This document shows, piece after piece, positions 35,501 to 47,406 of a stretch of 64,000 nt of DNA; position 1 is the stretch's first letter, and every line of letters starts with the position of its first letter. The notes under the pieces were generated by a model. The model searched no databases. It worked only from the letters and a program-made list of their open reading frames with translations, and was not told where the DNA came from. The DNA comes from Saccostrea echinata. Its lineage: Eukaryota. The translations under genes and the position numbers were made by a program. Location of the stretch: NCBI RefSeq assembly GCF_033153115.1, contig NW_026889750.1, positions 25,792,001 through 25,856,000 of the forward strand, read 5' to 3'.

Positions 35501-38500
35501 CGACCACCGCCTGAAAGTTGAAAAGAAATGCAAAATTAATCATCCGACAAATGCAAATTCTTACTTTAGATGTAATTTTAAGGAAAAAAACTGATAGTCT
35601 ACAATGTACATAAAGGGAGGATTTTTCATTCCGAAAATTTTCACCTGAACTTTCTACAAGAATAGTATCATTTCAGATTCGACCCCCCCCCCCCCCCTCC
35701 AATCCCCCAGAAAAAAGGGAAGGCTGCATTTGGCCTGACTCTTAAAATCCAATATTTCGATGACATAGCTAAATATCTGTCAATGCATGTTTCAAAAGTA
35801 AGAACTGATTTTAGATGGTGACATACCGGGCCCTTGAAATGTTACAACTTTGTTCAACTTGAATGAGTTTCCCAGATTTCTTCTTCTTTTTTTTTTTTGC
35901 TTCTTAATGTCTTAATGTCAGATACGCCAATACTTGCTTCAAAAAGCACAAAGCACAAGCTAACCTTACTTCCAAATATACAGATATTCATACACTAGGA
36001 TCAGACAAGTCTCTTACATAAAAATCAAGAAAGGTTCGCTTGTGGCCTGTGTTTTCCAACAAAAAAAGATGAAAATTCTTCTTAACAATCACATTCTTTG
36101 GTGTCTGTGTACATGTATATTGTAAATCAAAATCAATATGGTTTTGATCTATCATTTAGGTTTTCCACTGCAAATATCAAAGATATTATTGATTGATTTT
36201 ATGTTGTTTTACGTCCCATTCGAGAATTTTTCACTCGATCATATAAAGACGTCACCACATACCGGTGAAAGGCTTCAAATTTAGACCTTTACTCGGCACT
36301 CAGGGCCATGGAGCAGTGAGGGATCTTTATCGTGCTAACGCCTGTCGTACCAAAGGGCCTTGGTTTTTAAGGTCTCATCCGAAGGACCCGCAACTTTCAC
36401 TTCAAAGTACCGAAATTGGCGAAGGAACAGTGCTACCTACTTTTTATCGACTTAGGTCAGTCGTGGCCAGGGCTCGAACCCACGACTTCCCGATCACGGA
36501 GCGAGCGATCTACCAAATGAGCTACCGTGACGGTTATCAAAGATATGTATAGGACTACTGTAGACGTACTTTTTTTACGCGTGAGATTATTTTTCGCTAT
36601 GTACGCGGTCACATATTTTCCGCGGAAATTTGTTACAGCATACATAAAGTACATTTCAGAGATACATTGGCAGTCAAAAATTCTACGTGCGAATTGAACA
36701 GAAATTCTGATTTCACGAAGTTATGACCTTGTGGGAAATAGTACATTTACAGTATTTAATTAAGCGACAAATTTTGCAATCTGTTTATTTTTAGCTTGCC
36801 TACACTTCTTTGTCCAGGTGAGCATGAGGACCTCATAAGCTCTGATTAAAAAGAACTATTCCGGTCAGGAAAAATTTTTAATAATTGTATTGAAATGTTT
36901 ATTTCCGATACGGTGAGGAAAAAATGGGGGGGGGGATAAATTAAGAAAGCCTTACTGCTTTGTCGAAGTAGCATTTCCCGGCCATTGTCGAATCCATAGA
37001 TGGCAGTTCCATCTATGAAGGAGGAACGTTGATTCTGCTGTTCACGGACACCTGTAAAAAAAAAAAAAATGGTGAGGACACAGTCTGACACAGACTAGCT
37101 GCAAACTTGAAGATTTATAAATTATCAGTTATAAAGTATGTTTGTGATGCTGAAAGTCGAAATTGTAAAAGGGAATACTTCGATCATAATATCATTTTTA
37201 TATCAAGTCATGCAAAGAACCGAACTGTAAAGTAACAACTATATGTATCATATCGAGGCAAAGTAAAGTATTAGAAGAAAGGATATTATCTTGATACCCC
37301 GTCATCTTAAAAAGTATACTTGCTCTTACTTTTGATTTTAGCGAACAAAAAAACATTGATTATCTGTCAGAAAAAGTCATACTAGAAATTTATTTTCTTT
37401 GAAAAGAAAGGAGCTGTTAATGTTGATCTAACTGTTTTACACGTGAAACAATGATGCAACTTATTAATTGAAATGCAGTAGTTTCCAAATATGTGAACAG
37501 TATTAAGCTTTTTTTTAAAAGTACTAGTATACCATTTGTACATCCAAGTGGTAAAGCTGCAGAATGGCGGACCATATTCATGCAAGTTTGTGTTGGAGGG
37601 AAATGCGGATCTCCACGTGGAACTCGAATAGTAAAACAAGAAAATTTATTTCTGTAGGAGAGATAAAGATAGCAGTAGATATAGGTACAAGTCTTTTAGT
37701 CTGAATCCTATAGATGTTTTAAGTGTGCAATTAAAATAAAACTGAAAATAAAGGATGTCTGAAGTAGAATTTAGAAATATAACAATATTTAGAACACACG
37801 AACATACACTAAAGGACTGCAGCAATCTGTTATGCTTCTTGGTGGGTTTCCCTCTGAAACAAACAAAAGCTCATATCATTGGTAATTTAATTGTGTGTTT
37901 TTTTTTTCAATGTCATGAGTCACAAATGCGCCTAAGAGGGATTTAGTCTAAAAAAAAATTAAAAAAAAAAAAAAAAACAGCAATAGTTACGACTTGCCCG
38001 AGTTTCACTAATTGTGTAAATGGACCCAACGTGAGGACAAGAGAAGTTAACAAAAACAAAGAATCGCAACTAAATCGTTGTTTGTCCACAACACAAGGGA
38101 TGTCAACATTTTTTGCTAAACCTTAAAAATATGTATCCTATATAAATCTTTACTAAATAAAAAAGTCTAACATTTCCAATGTTTTACTGAGCGGTCATAA
38201 AAAATCTATGTTTGATCGCAAAGTGAGATATTGGATCTATAAATGAGATATTGGACCGCATACACTACACTTTGGGTGGAATCAGCTAATTATAAATCTC
38301 ATTTGCATTCGTTGGTGAATTGGACAAGTTTTACCGCAGTGTGGCTAAAGGAAATTTACATCATGGAAGCCAACACAAGATACATGTTGTGCAAGGTACA
38401 AGATAAAAGGGCAAAATGCGTTTTGTCGACCCCTCGAAGGAAACTGTTTGCCTTCGGCATGAAGGCCTCAGGCAAACAGTTTAGTTCTTGGGTCTGACAA

Positions 38501-41500
38501 AACACATGCGGCCCTCGAACCCAGTCAATAAATGTGTAGTATTTCTTCTGTTGCTTGTCAGGTTTTGATACATGTAAAAGTGCACGAGTTTTGCTGAAAT
38601 ACATATAAAAGTACAATCGCGATCACCCAGATCTATAATTGAGAGACTATATCAAGGAGACTAAGCATTAAGTTGCAGAAGTAACGTTACCTGTCATAGA
38701 AGGTGTAGAAATGATGTCGTGATCAATGAATTGTCCAATTCATAAAAATATGTATCCTATATAAATCTTTACTAAATAAAAAAGTCTAACATTTCCAATG
38801 TTTTACTGAGCGGTCATAAAAAAATCGATGTTTGATCGCAAAGTGAGATATTGGACCTATAAATGAGATATTGGACCGCATACACTACACTTTGGGTGGA
38901 ATCAGCTAATTATAAATCTCATTTGCATTCGTTGGTGTTTGACAGTGACAGAATAGGACAAGTTTTACCGCAGTGTGGCTAAAGGAAATTTACATCATGG
39001 AAGCCAACACAAGATACATGTTGTGCAAGGTACAAGATAAAAGGGCAAAATGCGTTTTGTCGACCCCTCTAAGGAAACTGTTTGCCTTCGGCATGAAGGC
39101 CTCAGGCAAACAATTTAGTTCTTGGGTCTGACAAAACACAGGCGGCCCTCGAACCCAGTCAATAAATGTGTAGTATATCTTCTGTTGCTTGTTAGGTTTT
39201 GATACATGTAAAAGTGCACGAGTTTTGCTGAAATACATATAAAAGTACAATCGCAATCACTCAGATCTATAATTGAGAGACTATATCAGGGAGACTAAGC
39301 ATTAAGTTGCAGACGTAACGTTACCTGTCATAGAAGGTGTAGAAATGATGTCGTGATCAATGAATTGTCCAAGGTGGGTTAGGAAGGTAGAGTGTGTGGA
39401 ACTGGTTGGCGTAGATCCTGCAAGTACGGCGTTACTTACCACGCGGGCACTGGGCAAGTTATTCTGTCTGTTACTAGTCAATGTCCGAGGAGTGTCTATG
39501 ACTGATGTAAAAGTGAATTTATCTTAAACGTTATTTTCAACGTAGAAAGCATTTGAATTACTCGTATTTCATCATTTAATTTTTGTTGAAAACAATTTTT
39601 TGTTGGTGTGCCAAAAACAATTGTATCAACAATCTACAAGTTTGACTGATGATAGAATATGGCGAAGTGGCTGTCCACGAGAGTACATTTAATCATAATT
39701 GTATTTTTTCTGTAAAACACCGAAATTTGATACCCATGAAAATTAATGATACCAATTTTTACGGCATAACACTGTTTCATATGTTTTGTTAATTCATATA
39801 TCGGGACTGTCTTAACATGCATTTCAAAGTACGTTCACTTTTGACTTACAGTTATCATAAAGGTTTTGAAGAATTCGTGCCTGTGGGGTGAAGGCTTTTC
39901 CCAGGAGGGGGTTATAAAGGTTGTTACAGGATCCATCTGCTGTCCTGTATGGATTCTGTCTATCACATACGGGTATCTCGTAACAAAATGGCGCCATTGC
40001 TCGCTGAAAGCTAGACGTAATCTCAGGGTCGGAAATCACTTTTCTATTGGCTTCTTCAGTGCTGCTTGTGCCAGAGGCAATGATTGGACTGAAGGGCAAA
40101 CAACAATGGTATGCATTAAAAGATAACCTAATTAATTGTACCGTATAAAGGGTATTTTCTGCGGTTGTGTAATTTTTACAGAATTATACGGATGGGACAA
40201 ATCCGCAGAAGTTGCAATCGCAATATATTCTTAATCCTTAAAATCTGGTAGTCTTAGACTGCAAAAGACTTTTTTGCGTTTTGCAAACGCAGAAATTAAA
40301 AACACAGAAAGTAATTTGGGTTAAATTGCAAAAATTTCCACCCGCAGAAAATACCCCATTAAATGGTAATTGCAGATGTACACATGACTTAATGAATTCC
40401 AGAGACCATGCTAATTGTTAAAACTGATGATATTTCCAAGATACTAGTAATTCTGAAAAATGACAAAGGATTCATGTATATAAGAACATTTGTAAAATTA
40501 GTCAAATAAAAGTACTGTCGAACCATTTTGACTACGGTAGTATACGTGTTTAACCTTTTTCTAAAAATTGAAAAGTACACAACAAAGAGAAATATAAAGT
40601 ACATATATTATTTTAAAAAAGTCAATTTAACATTATCTAAGAATTGTTTATTTATGAGATGAATGTGTCATGTGACTTTACGTATTTACGTACCTGGCAG
40701 CAATATTCCGGGCGGCCGTTGATGCCTGGGAGGATCTGTCATCTAACATTCTATTCATTTCTGGAGAATTACTTTGTGAAAATCTGTTGAGGGAGTTAAT
40801 GGCACTGGAACCCCCGCTAGTCTGAGTAGGCGGGTTCGTTGTACCGGTGATCACTAGAATATAAGTACATGTTAGTTGAATATGATCCTTGTTATGACTT
40901 ATATTTATTTATAGTTAACTCCACGGAAGGCTTTAAAAGGATTCGTCGTGCCTGTCATGCAGAGTGCTTGATTGCTTATTTGAAGAAAACTTCTGGAATT
41001 CACCCCCCCCCCCCCCGGACCCCTAAAAAACACATTTTAGATAAAAATAAAAATAAATTGCAAGTCAGCTATCGAAAACTCTCTCCAGATTGCTTCTTTA
41101 TAGCAAAAGGAAAACAAAAACTAATCCGACTAACAAAAAAAAAAGGGCTTGATGCATCAAAAAATATACTTTATATTGATGGTGTGTTGTGAACATTTTG
41201 GTTCATTTCATATCCACCTAGAAACGATCGAAAGGGAAATTTAATAACTCTATACTTTATTGCAATTTTGGCTTTGATGTGTCATAGCTATTGTCATTGC
41301 TTGTTTTGTCTGGCCGTTATCCCTCATTTATGATCATTATTGACTTCATAACCTTGACCTTGACGTTTGACCTATTTTTAAAACATTTTAACCTTGGTCG
41401 TAGGCTTTGCACCCGAACAGACGGAGATCAATATTTTATAGGGATGTCATTTTCGTCAATAATTCCTATTCGAATATTCAATGGAAGTATTCGAATATAT

Positions 41501-44500
41501 TCGAATATTCGATAAAATAAATAAAATATGATTTATTTTAAATGTACATCATCATACTCTCATGGCAGGTTTTGGGACAATATTTGGAAGTAAAATTGGA
41601 TGTAGACTTTTGTAGTGTACAATTAGGAATTCTACTTTTGGTATATGTCAATGTTTGAAATAAATAATTGACTTAAGTGTATACAGCTGAAATATAATTG
41701 TAACAAATGATATCTATACAAGCTCAAACTGAGGAACCTACCGTCTATCCAGGAACATGATTGTCGTATACTCTTCAGATTTAAATACATGCAATTAATT
41801 TCAATTATTTGCTAATGAGAGATATAATCTTTAATACACTGTTTTGAAAATATAAATAAAACTTCCATAGACAATTTTGTTAGGTTATTAATTTCCCGGT
41901 AATGATTTTAAATATTTCGGAATATATTCAACCCAAGAAAACCAAGTAATTGATGCAGTATTCTGAAATTGAGTCCTTTACGATATTACAGGCTGCTTTT
42001 ATCAAAGATGTAACTTAATGTTTAATTAAATTTGTTTTCATAAGTAAACTGTTCACGTCTATTAGACATTTGAAGAAGGGTTTCAATTCGTTGTCCTCGA
42101 TTGTAGAACCGATCATATTAAACTGTTGAAAGTACTTTTTGTACTATACATGAATAACTCTTGTTTATTTCGTGTTTACCCTACTCAAAAGGAAATAATT
42201 TAGATCTATAAGATAAGAAAGTAGTGAAAGAAATCAAGAGATCAAAATTGATCGCCAGTTAATAAATCGGGATAATTCAAACAGTTTTAACAAAAATTCA
42301 TTATCTCGTTCTTGTGAAATCTGAAGACATCGAATATTCGAATCTTAAATTCATATTCGAATATTAGCTCATCGAATGAATATTCGAATGTTCGAATATT
42401 CGTTGACATCCCTAATATTTTATGTGCCATTTTCGATATACTTCGGATATACTTTGATTGTGAATTTGACCTTGAAGTTTGTTTTTTTTTTAAATATCTG
42501 ACTTTGGCCATAGATTTTGCACCTGAAGAGACAGGGGATTCATATTTTACCTTTGCATTAAGTGTGCATTACCTGTGACAAGAACTTTCCGGATGAACTA
42601 TGACTTTGAAATATGACCTTGTTTTTTTTAATTAACCTTGGCCGTCGGTTTGCCCATTTCCAACCGAGTTATAAAAAAGGCCCAACTTTTTTAAAGCTCA
42701 AGAAAACATTTTTTTTAATTCTTCCGGGATTTTCTTATTGTGTCAACAACTATTTTATCTTAATAATACCTTAAATTTCTATAAATTTTGAAAATTCAGC
42801 ACTGATGTTGAAAATTGAAAAAAAAAAATCCTTCCTTCCTACCGACCCAATTTTTTTTTTATCCTGAGTCGGGAAAGAGTTAACAAACTTTTTTTTCTAC
42901 AGATGGCCTTACCTGTTTTAATTTAATTATAAAAGACCATCAGATAAGAGATTTTTTATCATTAGGAAAACTGGAACTGTGGAATGAAATTAAGTACATT
43001 GCCATACAAAAATTGAATCTTTAACATTAAAGTTCCAAAATGGATCGATAAGTTGAGAGAGAGATAGAGGAAGGGGTCTCATCGATCGACCGACCGATCG
43101 ATCGATAGATAGATAGACAAATAACAAGATACAGAATAGGTTCATGCATACCGAAATAACAAAATATAATAAATATATTGAGATGTTTTTCACTATTTTA
43201 TACTTCGTTTCCGCCTATTCTTTCTTAAATGTTTTGAAAACAGTATGTATGAATTACAGAAAATAGAATCTTTAAACATTTGGAATAAACAGTTTTGAAT
43301 AAAAGACAGGCTTTCTAGAGGATCAATTTGCTGGAAATTTTATTCTTTTTATTTTTCATCCATTGTTTTGCAGAGGGAAATTCCATGGTTAAAGAAGGAT
43401 ATTTATGTAGTAAATGAGATTAATTCATTGGATTTCAATAGAATGAATCTGGAAATTGACTTCGTTGAACCAAAGTTGAACCCAAGCCAAGATGACGACC
43501 CTTCCTTTTCCGGCAAAGAGGTGACTCTTCCGTTTCGGGTTCAATCGGCAATCCTTGGCTGTCTCCGCTATGCTCCATACAAACCTCGGATGTGACTGAT
43601 GGAGGAATATGCATCAAATCGATTATACATTTCTCTTCCGTAAACTACCTTGTAACTCATTTTTATATTTCATTCTGCATAAAGTTCTTCAAAAAGTTTT
43701 TTTAACTTGTCTAATTCTTCCTTGTATATTGGTTTTGATTACAACCTTATGTTATTTGTCTTTGAAAGCAAAAACATAGTGTTAGGCGTGCAACAAATTA
43801 ACTCAGATTTCAAAGGTATAACATTTGGAGGAATTTCAAATAAGACCACATGACTGTATCAGCAAAATGGTAGAACACTGTTTACATCCGAGGTTAGTAT
43901 GCGAGTTACGAGCACCCGAGGAGCTCCCAGTGTTTCGGTTAGAATGACAACCATCCTGACCGCTTCATTTTCGCCTATACGACGGTTTACGGTTTTTAAA
44001 AATTCTTTACCTCTCCTGGAACTCCTCTTCTTTCACAATGGTTCCTGGTTCGGTCGTAAAGACTCATTCACTACTCGGGGATGTTCCCCTCGTATCGATG
44101 AACGCTGATCTAGCCTCTACAAGAACTAGCTTTGTGCTAAGGCGTGACCTACTCTACATGTACCTGCTGCCGGGCAGCAGGTCTAATGTCCTCATCAAAA
44201 GTGATGACTACTTTCTAGGCAACCTCATCAAAAGTGATGGATACAGTCTACTTTGTAGGCAATTTCGCGTGACGGAAGGACCTTCTTTGGGAGGAACTGG
44301 ACAAATCGTCGACTTGGCAGAAATGATGCGATTTGGCGGAAAGGTCGCCATTTTGATCGGAATTGAAAACGGTTTTAAATTGGTCGGAAATCAAGGAGCA
44401 GCCATTTTTGTCGGAAACAATAGGGTCGCCATCATAATTCCGGTATCGCTCTGATTCGATGGGTAAATTATTACTTAGTGACCTATGGTTTGGCCGTCTA

Positions 44501-44646
44501 AGTGTTTTTGTAGTAATTCTATGCGTAGTTTACAAAAAAGGGATTTTAGAATTTAATTTTAAAAAACTCTCAGTATAAAAATCTGATCTGATTAGTACAG
44601 GCGGTTGTAAGCGAGGGACACAACCATATAGAACTTTTTGAACAAG

Positions 44647-44727
<81 letters not shown>

Positions 44728-45606
44728 AGGCGTATTTTTGAACTGCAATGTGTTTTATTAGTATGTACTGGCAAAATTAGTTTGGAGGGTGGGAGGGTTG
44801 TAAGGCCCTAAATTCAATAAATTGTAGTATTAAATTACTACAAGCATACAATTGTTTACTAGTATTACAAATGTTCCTTAAAAGCTGTATAAGCTTACTA
44901 ATTTCTGCTTTTTCTCCTACAACTCTTGATTGATATGAAACCTGATGTACCATTAACAAAGATCAAAATACACAATCAAAAACTCCACCAAACTATTCAC
45001 AAAACTATGAAAATAAGTAGGTTAATGATATGCTCATTTCAAAATGTCAATTTGTCTAATGACTTATACTTGCTTTTGAAATCATTACAATTATTAAACC
45101 AATGAAAAAGCAGGAGTTGCCTTATTTGGTTCTAATTTAGACCTCTTGTCTCTTTGTTAATAAATATGTCACTGGCATCAATTAAGGAAGAAAAAAATGA
45201 ATTAGGAATTTTAAGTAGAGTTATAATTTTTTCATCCAGAAATAAGTTCATTTTATTTTTTAAGCAATATATACTGGCATTCTCTCACAGAGAGTTTGGC
45301 ATTAATACTCTGGTAAATTGAATGCACAGAATATTGTGTTTATAGATGACCCATTCTTGGAAATGAGAAAATAAAAAAAGAAACTGGAAATGTTTGCCTA
45401 TGTTAATTTGTTAAATCCTCTGATTTTAATTCGTTATTAGACAATTTACCTGTTGGTATTAATGTCCCTCCAGTTATTCTGCGACCGGACGTTGTGCCGC
45501 GTCTGAAGGCGGAGTTGACGGCATTGCGAACCACCGACTCTACTGTCTGACCACTGCCCTCCGTTAGCAGTGTGACTAAGGTAAACGCCAAAACTATCTC
45601 TCTCAT
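32544..45606 (-). CDS. Secreted animal haem peroxidase (peroxidase-cyclooxygenase superfamily; peroxinectin/chorion-peroxidase-like), ~844 aa, 12 coding exons
   Basis: Exons (-): 45606-45450, 40853-40694, 40088-39850, 39501-39325, 37853-37808, 37651-37533, 37051-36956, 35510-35412, 35107-34375, 34047-33869, 33313-33199, 32958-32544. All introns are GT-AG, phases are consistent, 2535 nt total. Signal peptide [19 protein letters not shown]. Motifs [25 protein letters not shown] (distal His), [11 protein letters not shown] (Ca site), GDHRPSE (distal Arg/Glu), RMGHS (proximal His), [18 protein letters not shown] and GDRFWYE. Confidence 0.93.
36187..36534 (-). mobile_element. tRNA-headed SINE with a 12-bp TSD
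   Basis: The - strand head gtagctcatttggtaga...gggttcgagccc carries A/B boxes; tail gggacgtaaaacaacataaaatcaatcaat. TSD tatcaaagatat at 36175-36186 and 36535-36546. Confidence 0.9.
36556..36754. mobile_element. Tc1/pogo-like MITE (TA-flanked)
   Basis: tactgtagacgtact / agtacatttacagta. Confidence 0.65.
38124..39372 (+). repeat. Tandem duplication (~620-bp unit x2) covering intron sequence and the 3' part of peroxidase exon 4
   Basis: 38124-38738 is near-identical to 38743-39372 (compare ORFs 38356-38616 and 38990-39256), with a few substitutions and one indel. Confidence 0.95.
40139..40368. mobile_element. Tc1/pogo-like MITE
   Basis: taccgtataaagggtattttctgcgg / ccgcagaaaataccccattaaatggta. 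Confidence 0.6.
41439..42414. mobile_element. hAT-like non-autonomous element with an 8-bp TSD, nested in a Helentron-type repeat (~41290-42645)
   Basis: TIR tagggatgtca / tgacatcccta with subterminal ttcgaata repeats. TSD atatttta at 41431-41438 and 42415-42422. The flanks carry gaccttgacc satellite units. Confidence 0.88.
44650..44725. repeat. (TA)n microsatellite, ~38 units
   Basis: Directly visible. Confidence 0.98.
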
Positions 45607-47004
45607 AGCTACAAAATAATCCCATATAAATTAATGCGACATAAATCATAGTTTCTTTTCAAAATCATCTGCTTACATAATTAAAAATAAAAAATAATAC
45701 CTTTGTAATTGTCAAGCTTTTCTCTTGGCCATCAATTCAAATGAAGACCTGAAAATCCTTTGTTGAATTATGTTATTTGATAAAACCTACCAAATGTGGA
45801 TCGTGCTTTTGTAATACAACTAATAAAATAACGTCACCTTCATTATTTGTAGTGATAAATTAACATGTTTTGATGCAGGGGAGCGAACTTAATGCAATTT
45901 ATTGTGTCACTAATAATCTTACCTGTGCATGAATTAATTATATTTTTGTTTACAAAATAATTTGACCGCAGACACCTATGACAAGCTACTATTGCATAAC
46001 TACTAGTAATTGATATGCTTATTCTAAAAAATGCACTTTATGAACTTTAAAAAATGCATTATATGTTATTCGGTTAACTTATAATATGATGTTTGCGTTC
46101 TTAGTTTAAATTTATATAATTCAATTTTTTTGCAAATAATTGGATTTTGATGAAAAGTGATTCGCCAGAGAGCAGTAAAGTAAAATTCCCTCCATGAAAA
46201 AATGAGTTTAATTCAAACCAGATGTTTAATACGTGCCCCCCTCCTCTCAGTTATAACTTCCATAATTACTTTATTTTCCTTTGATATTTTACACTTCAAT
46301 CATTTTGAAACTTTAATTCTGTTATGTTGAAAACATACAAGAAATAAATAATTAATGGTGTCCTTTTGTTTTAAAATGCTTAATTCATTGCAACATGAAT
46401 AGGACTGAACAGCAGGCATGATTGTGTATCATTGTATTCTCCACAACGGTTGTAGAGTAAAACTTTTACATTGTAGTAGGTCTTGGACAATGTACAATGT
46501 ATCGAAGTTCAAATCCATTCAAATTACTTGTTGCTGAGTTGCTAGAATTAACCGAAACAGGATTTTGTTACAAGCGAACAAACGGACTGACGGGAAAAAA
46601 AATTAAAAAACCACTTTGCCTCATCAAACTAGAAGGAGACAAAATGAACGGTAAAAAAAAGTAAAATATACAAAATGTTAAACACTCAAAGATACAAAGC
46701 ATTTAACCTTTGAGTGTAGAAATGTGCATATCTTGTGACTTATCATCTAAAATATTACTTGGTTAAAAAAAAAAACCATTTCGATTCTACACGCAAATAC
46801 TCTGAAGTTGACATAACATATACTTAAAAAAACATATATAATTCGTAAACTATAGCTATTTGGTCCAATTTTGAAACCCTTCAGACAAATGTTTGAAAGA
46901 TGCAGTTCTGTATTTTAAAAAAATATTCTGTGCCGTAACTTCCGTTAAGAATTTTCCAAAACGCATTTTGTTGGAAAATTTTGAATATAAATATGAATGC
47001 AACA

Positions 47005-47406
47005 AAACAATTTATTGGAATTTCCTTGGGTCCTAATTGTGACCCCTTTTTAGCAGATCTTTTTTGTAAGAAGCAGAATTTGTTCAAAAACTTTTACATG
47101 AAAAGAAGTTTCTTGCTATGGCCTTCGACATTTAGATAATTATATCGACGAGGTTTTATCAATTATCAGTTTCAGTTCTAATTCATACGTTGATTCGGTA
47201 TATCCCACTAAACAGTTCACAGAGTCTGACACGATGTTTCGTATTTGGATGTTCTACTAAAGAGAGACATTAATGCCAAACTAACCATTAAATAATAAAC
47301 CTGAGTACTTACACTTTCCTATCGTCACCGTCCCTTATTTATGTATCAATATACCAAGATCACCTATAGTGTTTATTTCTCTCAGTTCACTCGATACACA
47401 AGAGCA
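47005..47406 (+). mobile_element. Highly decayed Penelope-like RT fragment
   Basis: IGISLGPNCDPFLADL.., EAEFVQKLLHEK, YIDEVLSI, YVDSVYP, FPIVTVPYLCINIPRSP.., SQFTRYTR. Confidence 0.7.

Noticed and set aside
44530-44774. ORFs with YIYIYI runs
   Set aside because: These are translations of the (TA)n microsatellite.
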